From NCBI GenBank assembly GCA_951406725.2, contig OX597818.1, positions 105,896,001 through 105,960,000 on the forward strand: a stretch of 64,000 nucleotides of DNA, written 5' to 3'. Each line of letters opens with the position of its first letter. The first letter of the stretch is position 1. The notes beneath the pieces were generated by a model that was not told the DNA's origin, did not search any database, and worked only from the letters and a program-made list of their open reading frames with translations. This DNA comes from Octopus vulgaris (taxonomy: Eukaryota). Both the position numbers and the translations under genes were made by a program. Shown here one piece after another: positions 1 to 12,449 of this stretch.

Positions 1-1499
1 AGTATATTTCTCAAAGAATGTCTAAGAGAAAATAACTGGCAATGCCTGCCGCATAAAACATTAATATACTCCTAATGCAAACATACTTGAAGCAGTGAGT
101 CAAAACATTTTAATTCATTAAAATTATACTCTTATTGAGAAGAAAATTATTATCTAAATGACTAATTCCGGTTAAGAAAGGCAAGGGAGACAACTCTAGA
201 TTATTGTATTTATGTTACAAGCATATTGATTCTTGCTGTAGAATATTATTGAAGTTATGACACTAAAATTAATGACAAGTTACACGTATCTAACTTTGAG
301 TCCCACAAGTGTTGATCTTATTATGTCTCTTTAGGATTAATCCTAAAGAGACGTAATAAGATGTCTCCACCATCATCTCCAAGATACCAGAATGTTATAC
401 CTATAAGGCCTTGGATGTCCAGCTGGACAGATAAATTCGAATATTGAGACAACTACATCTTGAATTCAAATTTTGCCTCGGTCAGTTTTGCCTTTCATCC
501 TTCTGGGATCAATAAATACAGAACCAGTCAAGGATGATGAGCTAATGAAAACCTTAGAGTATGGAAGGCTATGCCTTGTAGTTCCAATTTTATGATTTCT
601 GAGTTTGAAACCAGATATTGCTTACATGGGTGGTAGACTTAATTCAATTATGAGTGTCTTTTAGCAGAATCCACTTCGTTGCTACATTCTGGCCAGGTCA
701 CCAATATGAAAATGCCTTTCTCCTTTCCTCTTGCCACTCACAGGTGTCATGTAAAGGACCATGAGCACTGCCCTTCACTCCTGACTAAATGATAAAGAAA
801 AACATTTGTTCTTCTGTGATATTTATGCCTTTAGCTTCGAAAGTCAATCACATCTCAGTCAAAAGCCATTGCTATTAATACATATTGAGCAGTAATTCAT
901 TGTTTTCACAATACACCATCGTCATCATTTAATGTCTATGTTCCATGCTGGCATGGGCTGGATGGTTTGACAGGATCTAATGGGTCCAAGGGCCACATCA
1001 TGCTCCTGTGTCTGCTTTGGTATGGTCTCCACAGCTGGATACCTTCCTTAACACCAACCACTTCGCACCATGTACAGAGTACTTTTTTCATATACCAGCA
1101 CTAGTAAGGTTACCATGCAGTTCATGAGACTACAAAACCCCAGGTGAAGGTGGCAGCATATATATATGAAGAAATGAGGATATAGAGTCCAGGAGGAGGG
1201 AAGGAGGGAGAGGCAAGCTGGTTCTTGTAGAGGAGCTCACAACATAATTATTCAGCAATTGTAATAATGTTGTATGTGCATGTGTTTGCAGGGTACTCTT
1301 ACATCTATTTTTCCTGTCTTTTTGTTAGAGAAAAATGTTTTTGCAGCTTGATGCTCTTCTTACTTTTAATGACTTGACTTTATAGGTTGATATCTCTTAC
1401 AACAATTTAAAATAAAACATAAACCTCTTTACTTTTTATGGTATCATCACAAAGTACTTAAATTTATATTGTTTGAATGTTGATAAAAGACAATTTTAC

Positions 1500-1573
1500 C
1501 ATCAGTTTAAATATTCCAGGTTCCTCATAAAACTTGGCTGCCACAAAATCCAAAAGTTCATATTGGTGTTCAC
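1500..1573 (-). CDS. DMC1: DMC1 coding exon 9 (SEHQYELLDFVAAKFYEEPGIFKLM); gene continues beyond the left edge
   Basis: gttgcag acceptor, gtaaaa donor, 74 nt. The next exon (Walker B, IIDS) was not found in 1-1499. Confidence 0.95.
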
Positions 1574-2210
1574 CTGCAACAGGTAAATAAGATAGTTTCT
1601 GAAGGAAAATGCATATTGTTTTGAGTCTAAAAGTAATTTAATCATTCTCTTATGGACCTTTAGAATATTTAAGAACACTAAATTTAATGAACCATTGGGA
1701 TAATCTTTATGTGGTCATTCGACCAACTAGGAAAACACAAAAATCACCCATAAATTGTACTGCATCATCTTAAAAAGGGTTCACATTAGCTAATGTAATT
1801 CTAAAGATTCCAAAAGAGACAAGATTCTAAAATAACTTTGGTCATATGCTTACTTGATTTGGTTGATCAGGGCTAAACTACAACAATAGTAGATTTTTGG
1901 TTTAATTTTTAAAATTTTAATTAAAATTAAAACTTTTCAAAGTTTTGCTTAATATCACCATCAGATTATTTTATAATGCTCTGATCCCTATTCATGTGAG
2001 TATAGCCTGGCACTTCACCACCATTTCTCTCCTGCGTTCTTGCATTCTTGGTGTCTCCACTCAGTCTACTCTGTGGGGTTGCAGACCATCCAGCCGTAAA
2101 AACCATACCAAAACAGACACAGAAGCCCTGTGTAGTCTTTTGCTTGGCTGGCTCCTATCGAACCATCCAACACATGCCAGCATAGAAGATGGACATTAAA
2201 TGATGGTGGT

Positions 2211-2212
<2 letters not shown>

Positions 2213-2248
<36 letters not shown>

Positions 2249-2390
2249 CTACTAGCAACTAGCAAAACACATACCGTGTGTGTGTGTGTGTGTGCATGTG
2301 TGTGTGTGTGTGCTTGTATGTATGTGTGTGTGTGTGCTTGTATGTATGTATGTATGTATGTATGTATGTGTGCATGCAAGCATGTATGTG
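2213..2390. repeat. Compound microsatellite (TA)n/(TG)n/(TATG)n
   Basis: Seen directly; similar tracts at 4120-4230, 4956-5025 ((TAG)n) and 35403-35460. Confidence 0.9.
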
Positions 2391-2988
2391 TATATCTTCT
2401 ATTATAATTCCATTTGCATCTAGGGTACATTATAGGAATTGACCCCAGTATTTGACAGGAATTTTATTTCATTGGTTACAGAAATACTATAACTTCATGA
2501 TAATCCATTAATTATGAAGAGGAAATTTTGTCTATATATATTTAAAGTAGTATCCTCAAACCAGAGACCTATCTTAATGCTTCCAATAAAGTGGAATCCT
2601 TTGTTTGGGTGTCTTTAGCAGAGGATTCTACTCTATTGTAAGCATTCAGGCTAGGTCTCTAATTTGAATATACCTTTCTCTCTCCCACCCATCTGCCAGT
2701 CTCAGAGGCCTTCACTAAGTATTAAAAAGACAAAAGTGTACAATGAAGCCATTGCTTCATTAATTTGATCATGATAACACCAAATCTTATCTAAATTTAT
2801 CTGATACTGCATCAAATATCAATTGCTGGTTAATAATATTTTTCCTCACCACATAATTATGTCCAATTAACTTTTTAATGCTCCTAGTACTAAATATGTT
2901 AACACTAACTTTTATTGTTGATAAAATAATTTTCATTAATCTATTTGTATATAATGAAATGATATGGCATAAATTGAATAATACTTAC

Positions 2989-3080
2989 TGGTATATGCTC
3001 TGGCATATAATACATTATCCAAAACTGCTTCTTGATCTAGATTAAAACGATCTGCAATGTCTCTCAAGCGATCAGGACGA
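2989..3080 (-). CDS. DMC1: DMC1 coding exon 8 (RPDRLRDIADRFNLDQEAVLDNVLYARAYT)
   Basis: 92 nt, gtaagt donor; peptide almost identical to DMC1. Confidence 0.97.
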
Positions 3081-3849
3081 CTTAATCATGTTAAAGACAA
3101 ATTTATTTAGAGTAGGCATGGATGTATACAAGAAACTCTCTCTCTCTCTTTATCAGCACATATTTATGAATATATAATCAGCACAATTCTTCTTCTTTCT
3201 ATATTCCAAGTTATCAAGTTGTTGAATCATCATTGTTGTTGTCATTTAATGTCCACTTTCCATGCTGGTATGGGTTGGACTGTTTGACTGAGGGCTGGCA
3301 AGCCAGAAGGCTGCACCAGATTCCAATCCAATCTGGCAATGTTTCTACAGCTGGATGCCCTTCCTAACACCAACCACTCTGAGAGTGTAGTGGGTGCTTT
3401 TTACGTGCCACCAGCACGAGGGCCAGTCAGGTGGTACTGGCATCGAGCATGCTTGAATGGTGCTTTTTATGTGCCACTGGCATGGGAGCCAGTCAGGCAG
3501 CACTGGAAGCAACCACACTTGAATGGTGCTTTTTTTTGTGCCACCGGGGTGGGACCAGTCAGCCAGTACTGGCATCAACCATGCTTGATGGTGCTCTTTG
3601 TGTCACCAGCATGGGAGCCAGTCAGGCAGCACTGGCAATGATCATGCTCGAATGTTGCTTTTTACATGCCACTGGCATGGGACCAGTCAGGTGGCACTGG
3701 CATCGACCACGCTCAAATGGTGCTTTTTATGTGCCGCCAGCACAGGTGCCAATCAGGTGACAATTTTATTCAGTTCTGTTCCTTTGTTTTTTACATAATT
3801 ACATATTTTATAGTGTAAAGTATTTCTAACAAATTTAATCCAAGGATAC
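3081..3849 (-). other. U12-type (minor spliceosome) GT-AG intron of DMC1
   Basis: 5' splice site GTATCCTTG; branch site TCTTTAAC (3097-3090) ends 9 nt from the intron end; no polypyrimidine tract. Confidence 0.9.
3230..3760 (-). mobile_element. SINE with (TGA)n tail and expanded internal ~60-bp tandem array
   Basis: Family motif catcatttaatgtcc..ttccatgctggcatgggttggac..ctggatgcccttcctaac. Related copies at about 910, 2060, 21180, 29198, 33770, 38770, 43064, 61050 and 62070. Confidence 0.75.
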
Positions 3850-3922
3850 AATGTATTTTCTGTGTCAACAAATACCACTTTACCTCCAGTGTAACCATTT
3901 GTCCCAGGTAGCTGTGCAGTAA
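3850..3922 (-). CDS. DMC1: DMC1 coding exon 7 (VTAQLPGTNGYTGGKVVFVDTENTF)
   Basis: atttctag acceptor, 73 nt, followed by the U12-type donor GTATCCTT. Confidence 0.96.
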
Positions 3923-4173
3923 CTAGAAATTAAAGATTAAATTACAATTTAATACACATTTCAAGAAATTGCACATTATAGACAGCAGTATGGTTAAGAA
4001 GTTTGTTTCACATCCACATGATTTTGGGTTTGATCCAACTGTACATCATCTTTGCCAAGTATCTTCTTGTATAGCTTTGGATTAAGTGAAAATTAGTCGA
4101 TGGAAACTAAGAGGAAGTTTCATACACATACACACACACACATATATATGGTGGGGGAGGTATACACACACAC

Positions 4174-4216
<43 letters not shown>

Positions 4217-4955
4217 TGTCTGTATGTGTATATCTTAAGCTGTTGTATATTGAAGAAAGTTGTAAATGTTATAGAAGAAACCAAAATGAAAGAAAGAAAA
4301 AAAACCATTCTTTGAATTAAGTCTTTCATAATATCTGCTTTCTGCAGAATAATAAACAACTTTGGCTCTCATCATCAGAAATGTAATGAACCAGTGATTG
4401 GCCTATTGAGAACCTGTAATGAATGATGTTATTATTTATAAATTATGATATAAAAAATAAGAAAATTTTATACCCTACCAAGTCCAAACTAAACGACAAG
4501 CAACTTAGAACCACCCTCCCAAAATCACAACAATTGCTAGACCCCATTATCACTAACGATCTCTTTTGGCAATCTCCCTCTTTAGAGTTATAAAATAGTT
4601 CAGGTTCCAGTAATTACTAAACCTGTATAAAGCTCAATTAAGACTCACAATGAAATACTGCTTCCACATTTGGAACATTGCTATGACTATGTACAGAGAC
4701 ATCCAAAACAACTTCCAAACAAATGCCTCTTGGCTGGTCGAAGTAACTCACTAACACACTCCAGCCCCTGACTTACAAACATGCTATCTTGTTACTCTGA
4801 CTCTTCTACCTTTAAATACTGTAGCTTCTTCTTTTCTTTTCTTTCTTTTATCGCACATATTGTGTCTATCACCACCAATACCCTCACATTAACCACTACT
4901 CTCAATATTTTCCTTTAACACTCTCCTTCGAGAATCCTCTCACTGGCCATTCTCA

Positions 4956-5006
<51 letters not shown>

Positions 5007-6040
5007 AAGCAGTAGCAGCAGCAGCATCCTTTAAGAACACCATTGAAGATTTCATTTTGATTTAGTGACAAAGTATGTTTCTCACTACTTTCCTTAAGAC
5101 TAGTGGAGAAGAGGTGCAAGCTAACAGAACACTTGTTAATTATAATTAACAAGTGTATAATTATACAATTTAGAGAAGGGAACTTTACCTTTACAGCATT
5201 CAGGTAATGAGAGAACTTCTATGCAGCTGCTTGATCTGTAAGAAACAGCAGCAAAGTCTCCCTCAAATCACACCCCACCCTACCCTCTTAGAAAATGAAA
5301 AGATGATATACCTTAAAAATAGAAGAGATAGTCACAGCTTGACTATCTCTCGGGACTTATACAACAACAAGCACCTATTTACAACAAAGTGAACTTAGTT
5401 TAGTGCTTTTGCTCAAGTCACAGCACAGTACAACACAAATAAAGGTATAAGAAGCAGCAGAATTTTGATTGGTATCTTAGCAGCCTTTCAACATAATTAA
5501 TGATAGCACTTATCTAAAATATAAAATTTACAACTTACAAAAAGCATCATTTTTATATCTGATTTTCCACGTTTATATGATGAGGACAAGCCCTCTCCAA
5601 CATGGCATCCTGACTGGGACTCTGCTCAATGGGTTTCTTGGGAGAAACCAAGAATGTACCAACAAATGGTGAGTGCAGTAATGTGCTATAATGGCACATG
5701 ACCCTACAACTGACCTATTCATTTAAAATATAAAGCTACTTAAAATAAATTTATGAACAAGATTTCAAACAATCCCAAATGTCTTTGGTGCTAAAGGTGG
5801 AAATGAGTAAATCAAATCACATATTAAGACTGAGGGTGCCTCAAGTTGTTACTCAATCTACTAGAAATAGCAACAAAATTTTTCTCAAACTAACCCCTAT
5901 CATCTTAAAAAAAGATCGCTACATTGGATAGCATAGTCCTGTGTACATTGCCTGAAAATAAATTGGGATGGTCATTAGTGGAATACTTTACTCATAGATC
6001 TATTTGGTCAGAGCTGACTTGAGTTAAAACAACAACTTAC

Positions 6041-6135
6041 CACACAAGGTGTGAGACAACTGTGTTTTCCCAGTTCGAAACTCTCCAAAAGCTTCTGTGA
6101 TAGACATACTTTCAATCCCACCACCTAGAAGTTTA
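6041..6135 (-). CDS. DMC1: DMC1 coding exon 6 with Walker A ([31 protein letters not shown])
   Basis: 95 nt, splice phases consistent (2 to 1). GEFRTGKT Walker A; [10 protein letters not shown] is diagnostic of DMC1 rather than RAD51. Confidence 0.97.
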
Positions 6136-6943
6136 CTAAAAAGATACAATACAAAAAAATCCATTACATAAAAATTATTTTGTGAAAACATCTTTGGGAA
6201 AAATGTACAAAAAAAGTACAGCCTGTTATTACTTGTGAGTGATTATGGCTTGGTAACATGTGCCATGCTTTTGCTACTATTAGGTGTTTATGTAGTGATG
6301 AGCAGGTATTAGAAACCCTCCTGGTTTTCTCATTCTTGACTCTCCAATGTACCCAGGATGTGATAGCTGGAAGAAGAACAAGCTGCACTAGTACCTAGCT
6401 TGTATTCATTAACTGCTGACTAGATTGGAATATGATGAAATGAAGTGCTTTTTTCAAGGACAGAACATGCTGCTTTGTCCAGGAATTCAACTCACACCCT
6501 TATAGTTATGAAGCAAACACTCTGACCATTAGGCCACATACCTTCACAGTTTTGGAAAATGAAAAAATTAATAACTTTGTTTACTTGTTAAATTGTATTT
6601 GGAAGGTAGTGCAGTCATGTTTATAGTAGTAGATGGAGAAAGTGTCTTTACAATTCAGGGTAAATTTAATAGAAATTGCTCCAATAACAATAAAATTTGC
6701 AAATAGTATCTTATCTATTCTAGTATGAAAAACTAAATACAATATAATATCAATGATTATAGTGTTCAATATATCATTTTTTTTTCTTTCTACGATGTTA
6801 TGGTATGATTTGAAGAATTGGCTGCTAAACTCAACAGAGGTCTAATTGCTGGTAACACAGCTAAAAAAATCATCATTGAGACATGATATTAAAATGCATA
6901 ATTAATCATAGTTAATATACAAAAAAAAGGTGTGTTTACATAC

Positions 6944-7026
6944 TCAAGCTCCGCACTGCCCGTAGAAATATGGAAAATCTGTTTACGTTTATGTGCATAC
7001 TGCAGAGCAGTAAAGAAACCATTTTC
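6944..7026 (-). CDS. DMC1: DMC1 coding exon 5 (ENGFFTALQYAHKRKQIFHISTGSAELD)
   Basis: cttccag acceptor, gtatgt donor, 83 nt; FxTA polymerisation motif and ISTGS. Confidence 0.95.
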
Positions 7027-7511
7027 CTGGAAGAAGACATTGATTACAATAATAAGTATTTATCAGTCTACCTTTGATAAATTCTCAGCACATTTTTAAT
7101 CAAATACACACTCATACATACAATACACATATACTTCAGAACATACACATATATGTACATCGTTTTAAGATAATACAACAAATATTAAAAATCAAATTAG
7201 AAATTCTCATGAAGTGAGGAAAAGAAATTAGCTCAATTACTAATATATTTTAATCAGTTTGATAAGTATGTGAGGCAACTTTGAGTATGTTTCAACTTTA
7301 ATAGATCACTTCAGTAAGGAATAGACTTAACCATATTTGCAGAAATAGTGATGATGGAATTATTAAATACTTGTACAATATTTTATAGGAGTAGATATAA
7401 AAAATTAGCATATTTAAAGATATACCACTGACACTAATTACTGGTGAAAGTCATCTGAAAGAAAAACAATAAAATATGGAAAATCTGTTTACATTTATGT
7501 GCATACTGCAG

Positions 7512-9080
7512 TGGTGTTCAGTCATTTTGATGCTGTTGACTTTCAGCTAGGGGGTCGAATGTTGATTCTAAGCTTGGAGCAGATAAGGTTGAGGTCCATC
7601 CAGCAATCTGCTCCATGCATTGTGCGAGTATAGAGGACATCGCCCATGTCTTGCCGACAGACAATGATGTAATCTAGGAGATGCCACTTTTTGGAACACA
7701 GGTGCATCTTTGACGTTTTGTAAATATCCTGCTGTTGAAAGAGGGTGTTAGTGATGCACAGGTCATACTCAGAGCAGAAGGTGAGTAGTCTCTGTCCATG
7801 AGCATTCATTTTCCCTGTGCTGAGGATCCCTTGCCAAGCAGTATTGTCACACCCAACACAGGAGTTGAAGTCACCTATGAGTACTATCTTGTCCAATCAG
7901 GAGATATTCCAAAACGCAGTATGCAGAGAATCATAGAAGGCATCTTTTATCTCTTCATCAGAGTCAAGAGTTGGTCCATAAACGCTGAGAATTGTCAGAA
8001 AACATTTGTTCAAAAGTGGGATTTTGATTATCATCAGGCACTCACTAATACAGGAGGGTACTCCAGGAATTTTCTGCAATAGGCTGTTCTTGATTGCAAA
8101 ACCAACTCCATGCAAACAGGGCATCCCAGAGGGATGTCCTTTCCAGAGGAAGGTGTATCCACCAGCTTCTTCAGTGAGGGAACTGTCATTGAAGAAACCT
8201 TCCGATGAGGGTTCCCTCACTGAGTGCAGCAATGCTGATGTTGTAGCCCTTGAGTTTGGTGGCTACAATAGCAGTGCATCACAGAGGCCATTGAGTGTCC
8301 GACACATCATCTGAAATGTCATCAAGGCAGGGGCAAACATTCCAACATGCAAGGATGAGGTTCGAGGGTTTCTTTTACTTTTTCAATTTTGATGCTTGGT
8401 TTTGACAGCATGTTTGGGGATAACTCACTGTGAGCAGTTACCCAGTCAAGCAAGTGAGGACGGGCTTTTTCTGGGTCACATTTTCTAGGCATTTTCCCAT
8501 GTGGGGCAGGCAGTGCTATCCCTGAAAAGGGTTGCCTGGATGCACAAGCAAGACCGAGGTGGATGTTTGTACATGAGTCGATCCAACAACAACCATCTTA
8601 CTTATGCCACCTATGTGCAAGACTCCAACTAGAGGCTTCCAACTACATCCTAATCTGCCCCTATCACCAGATGATCCCATCACCACAGGACTTGCAGAGA
8701 GGATGAAAGAGAATGAAGGATGAAAGGCAAAGCCTGTGCTGTGAAAAGTTTAAGGTGCCGGAGAGGATGCACAGTTCTCAGCTGCACGCATTCAACAGAA
8801 GGCGAGGGAGGTTAAATGGCAAGAGGAGTCTCAAGACGATTGACCCTTGTCTTCTGCTGCAACGAGCTGCTGGATAAGATCCTATTCTCTGCCTTGGGAC
8901 CAGCCCATCTGGTCCTGTTTGCAGGCTTCTTGCGGCAAGCTGCTGGAACTCCAGTTTGTCGTAGTCCACCTTTATAGCCAGCTTGCATGGCATCCCCCTC
9001 ATCCGCCTTCATTAGGAACAGATCCGCCGTTGGGGACTTGCAATACCAAAGCCCCATTAGCCACATTTTCAGGATTCAGG
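7512..9080 (-). mobile_element. RTE-clade LINE, 5'UTR plus AP-endonuclease domain, 3'-truncated and decayed
   Basis: GYTFLWKG..HGVGFAIKN, SVYGPT, LIGDFN, WHLLDYIIV motifs with frameshifts and stops. Confidence 0.85.
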
Positions 9081-9708
9081 CTCTAAATACATATATAAAA
9101 GTAGGTATATATATATATATACAACAAACTTCTTTCAGTTTCTGTCTACCAAATCCACTCACAAGGCTTTGATCAACCTGAGGCTATAGCAGAAGACACT
9201 TATCCAAGGTGCCATGCAGTGGGACTGAACCCAGAATCATGCGGTTGGTAAGCAAGCTACTTACCACACAGCCACTTGCTTGAACAATACTAGTGCGTCA
9301 TCCTCTAATTTGTTTTGCACAATGTTTTTTTTTTGGTGACGAGGTTTAACATCCAATTTTTATTTTGGTTTCTTTAAAATTACAAAATTACAAAATTACA
9401 AAATTACATGTGCATGCATGCACACACACATACACACACCAAGGGGAGTATTAATAAATCTATAACTTTGTATATTGCTTTATATCATACAGCTGTTACC
9501 CAACTGAAATCTTGTATCATTCATGTAATGAGTTTTTGACTGAGATCTTTTTTAAAGTTTAAACATGAACACTTTAATATGAGCATTCTCAGGCAGCTTG
9601 ACATTAAAAGGATTAAACAAACTCAAGAAGGCATAATTCAAAGAGAAACACGAAAAAAGAATATGTGACGAAATTTAATATTTTCGAATTCATGTATGAA
9701 TTACTTAC

Positions 9709-9804
9709 ACAAATTTTCAGAGAAGCTTCTTTGATTTTTTCCATTTTTGCTTCAGATATACCTTTTATTGTACACATCTTCTTTCTGGTTGTCATATGTA
9801 TACC
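9709..9804 (-). CDS. DMC1: DMC1 coding exon 4 (GIHMTTRKKMCTIKGISEAKMEKIKEASLKIC)
   Basis: tgtttag acceptor, gtaagt donor, 96 nt; KGISEAK motif of the RAD51/DMC1 family. Confidence 0.95.
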
Positions 9805-10026
9805 CTAAACAATATTTAAAATGATATATAATCAAATGTTTAGAATTTATACACTACATGAATTCCCATAGAGGGATTGAAATAAAGATAAATAGAAAGG
9901 AAAAAATTGAGAGACAACCAAAGAATCAAATGAAGAACATAATAGAAGGTTAGAGGTTAATAATTCACACAGATTTCTTCATGCATGTGTGTGTATACAT
10001 AGATGTATGTAAATTGCTAAGCTTCA

Positions 10027-10250
10027 ACCTTTTAGCATTTAAACTGGCCATATCCATCCAAAACATTCTCTCTATTTTATATTCAAACAAGCCAGATCCA
10101 GCATCTCATACTTATCTTACGGTGTCATTCTAAAAATAAACAATCGCATCACCAGATTCTCAAGTCTATGAGATAATGCATGATTAACTCAAAACAATGT
10201 GAATCAATAAGCATTACATTTGACAGAGTAATCTGAATGCTGTATGGTTA
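10027..10250. mobile_element. piggyBac-like MITE (decayed); related ends at about 28277 and 33063
   Basis: aacc(c)tttagcatt...gaatgct..ggttaa termini in a TTAA-like context. Confidence 0.5.
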
Positions 10251-10449
10251 ATTCTGTTCAACACACTCACACACACACACACACACACACAGATGTATTT
10301 CAGCAGAAGGAATGAAAGCATGAAACTCTAAGAGCTGGTATTTTAGAGTTATTCAGTTAAACGTTAAAGAATACTCTACATGTGCATATTGAGTTCTGTA
10401 ATTTATCACAATGAATCAACAGAATTTTGTGTGTGTGTGTATTACTTAC

Positions 10450-10910
10450 AGCTGTCCATCAATGTTGACAATGACATTGTCCTCTAGGAGTCTTATCTTA
10501 CATTTTATGAGTTGATAGATGTGAAAACAGTTTGATCCTGGAATGGCATGTCCTTGAACACAGATGACAAGGGAAGTTGCCCATTATGTTGTTGGTGAGT
10601 CTGAGATGACATTGACATCTCTTATCCTCAAGTTTCCAACATCAGATTAGTTCAAAGTGTGTAGCTCCTTTGCCGTAGAGGGAACACCAGCTTGGCCAGT
10701 TCTCAGCAAAGTGTTCAAGTTGTGCTTGTTGAATGATGCAGGAGATGAGGACAAGCTTAAGATGGTTGCTGAACCTCTTCTTGGGTCCCTCATACAGGTA
10801 AACACTGGTTGATAGCTCTCCAAAGAAGACCATTTTCAGGAGACGATTATCAAATATCCTGATATGTGCATACATACTGCATTCTGGTCCACAAAAGCTT
10901 GTCTCTTTTC
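10450..10910 (-). mobile_element. RTE LINE 3'-end remnant
   Basis: RLLKMVFFGEL...GPKKRFSNHLK matches the RTE ORF C-terminal motif. Confidence 0.7.
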
Positions 10911-11457
10911 ATTGCTTTTGTAAAGGCTCCTATTCCTATCCCTAGGAATTAGCTGGTTGAACATTACTTTCATCCAGATCCATCTAACACAACTGTCTCT
11001 GCCCCACTCACAACTACTATTGTCTATCCGGTAACTCATTGTTCTCACTAACCATTATTACCAATCCTTTCTTTCCAGATATTAATCCTCACAAATTCAT
11101 TCTCCATTCATGGTTTTCTTGCAGATATCACCTTGTAGACATTCAAGCAACCTCTCCCTCTTTCTTCTCTTCCTACAATAAAACTGATGTTGTATTACCT
11201 GTACCAACCATGAATCAGCAGATCTGTTACCAAAAACATTCAAGTTGTGAGTATTTCATTTTTTAGGCATATGACTATGTTAATCAATGTGTTGCTCCTT
11301 ATTTCAGGATAGTACAGTATGATCTGATGGAGATATGACTGCTATTTCTAGCAGGTTGAACAATTCCCTCATTGCTTTGTGAGTACATGTGTATGGGCTA
11401 ATTTTGCATGTTAATGAATTTATTAAGAATAAGCTAATTATTGAGTTTTCTGCTTAC

Positions 11458-11508
11458 CCTGATGGTGCATATTCCTGATTGTTTTAACTTCTTAATATCA
11501 GCTGCATT
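11458..11508 (-). CDS. DMC1: DMC1 coding exon 3 (NAADIKKLKQSGICTIR)
   Basis: ttttacag acceptor, gtaagc donor, 51 nt; helix-hairpin-helix N-terminal domain motif. Confidence 0.93.
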
Positions 11509-12404
11509 CTGTAAAAGTTGCAAGGGCACAATTCAAATTAATAAAAAATTAACAAAAGATTCTGTTATTAATAGAACTGCTAATTATGGAGAGGAATGTT
11601 AGCAGTAGATTTCAAGAGACATCTATTGCTAATATTACCATATTTAATAAATAACATTATATCATATTATGTATATGCATAAAATTCTAAGTTTGGCTCA
11701 GTTACTAGGACAATGAATAACATGCTTTGTCTCATTATTTAGTTATATCCTATTACTTTTTGAGTTCAAATCTAGCCAAAGTTGATATACCCTTCCATTT
11801 TTTCAAATTTGGTAAAATAGGATCAGACAACTGGTGTAATATGTAATCAATAACCATATGGTTATGTATCTATGTTAGAAATCAATATTTATTGCAAGAA
11901 GGTGAGTACCATACAATACAAATGTCACTTCTAAATCCAAATTTGTGACATAATTTTGATCTGTAATTGATGTCAAATCATTTCATTTACATTGATATTA
12001 GGAAAGATATGGACAACACATTACTCTATTTTCCCTATCACCAAAAACAAACATTTGTTTCTGTAAAATATCAATATTCAGAACTAAATGTCAACAGAAA
12101 GAGTCCACTGATAGAATGCTTTAATGCATCTAGATTGAAATCTCATTATTTAGAATTCAAATCCCATCGCAATTGTTTTTACCTGCCATCCTTCTGAACT
12201 AAATCTAACCAGTCCCTCTCTAGGTTGCCACATAGTAAAGCATATCAATATCACTACTGAAATTCGAGGTGTATGTAAAAAGTTTATTAAAATAAAATAT
12301 TTCAGATTCCTCTTTAATATTTTCATTGTCTTTGTTATTCAATATCAAAAATATATTTCATTTAAAATTTAAAAACACAAGACCACAATTAAGTATATAC
12401 TCAC

Positions 12405-12449
12405 AATTCCGTGATTCTGTAATTGTTCAATATCTTGAAAAAATGGATC
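12405..12449 (-). CDS. DMC1: DMC1 coding exon 2 (DPFFQDIEQLQNHGI)
   Basis: ttttcag acceptor, gtgagt donor, 45 nt, phase 0; matches the DMC1 FQDIDLLQKHGI motif. Confidence 0.93.

Noticed and set aside
3380-3760. Regularly spaced repeats resembling a CRISPR array (also 51992-52092)
   Set aside because: Eukaryotic context, no unique spacers, no cas genes; these are minisatellites.
4330-4385. Minus-strand CTGATGA...GAAA resembling a hammerhead
   Set aside because: Stem II and the cleavage site do not pair convincingly.
1945-5392. Short ORFs rich in HT/YI/VC/Y runs, here and throughout the track
   Set aside because: They are translations of microsatellites, SINEs or antisense strands of TEs.
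5539-5714. GC-richer island in a DMC1 intron bounded on the minus strand by AG and GTAAGT (possible cassette exon)
   Set aside because: The acceptor lacks a pyrimidine tract, there is no DMC1 similarity, and the flanking exons already join in phase.
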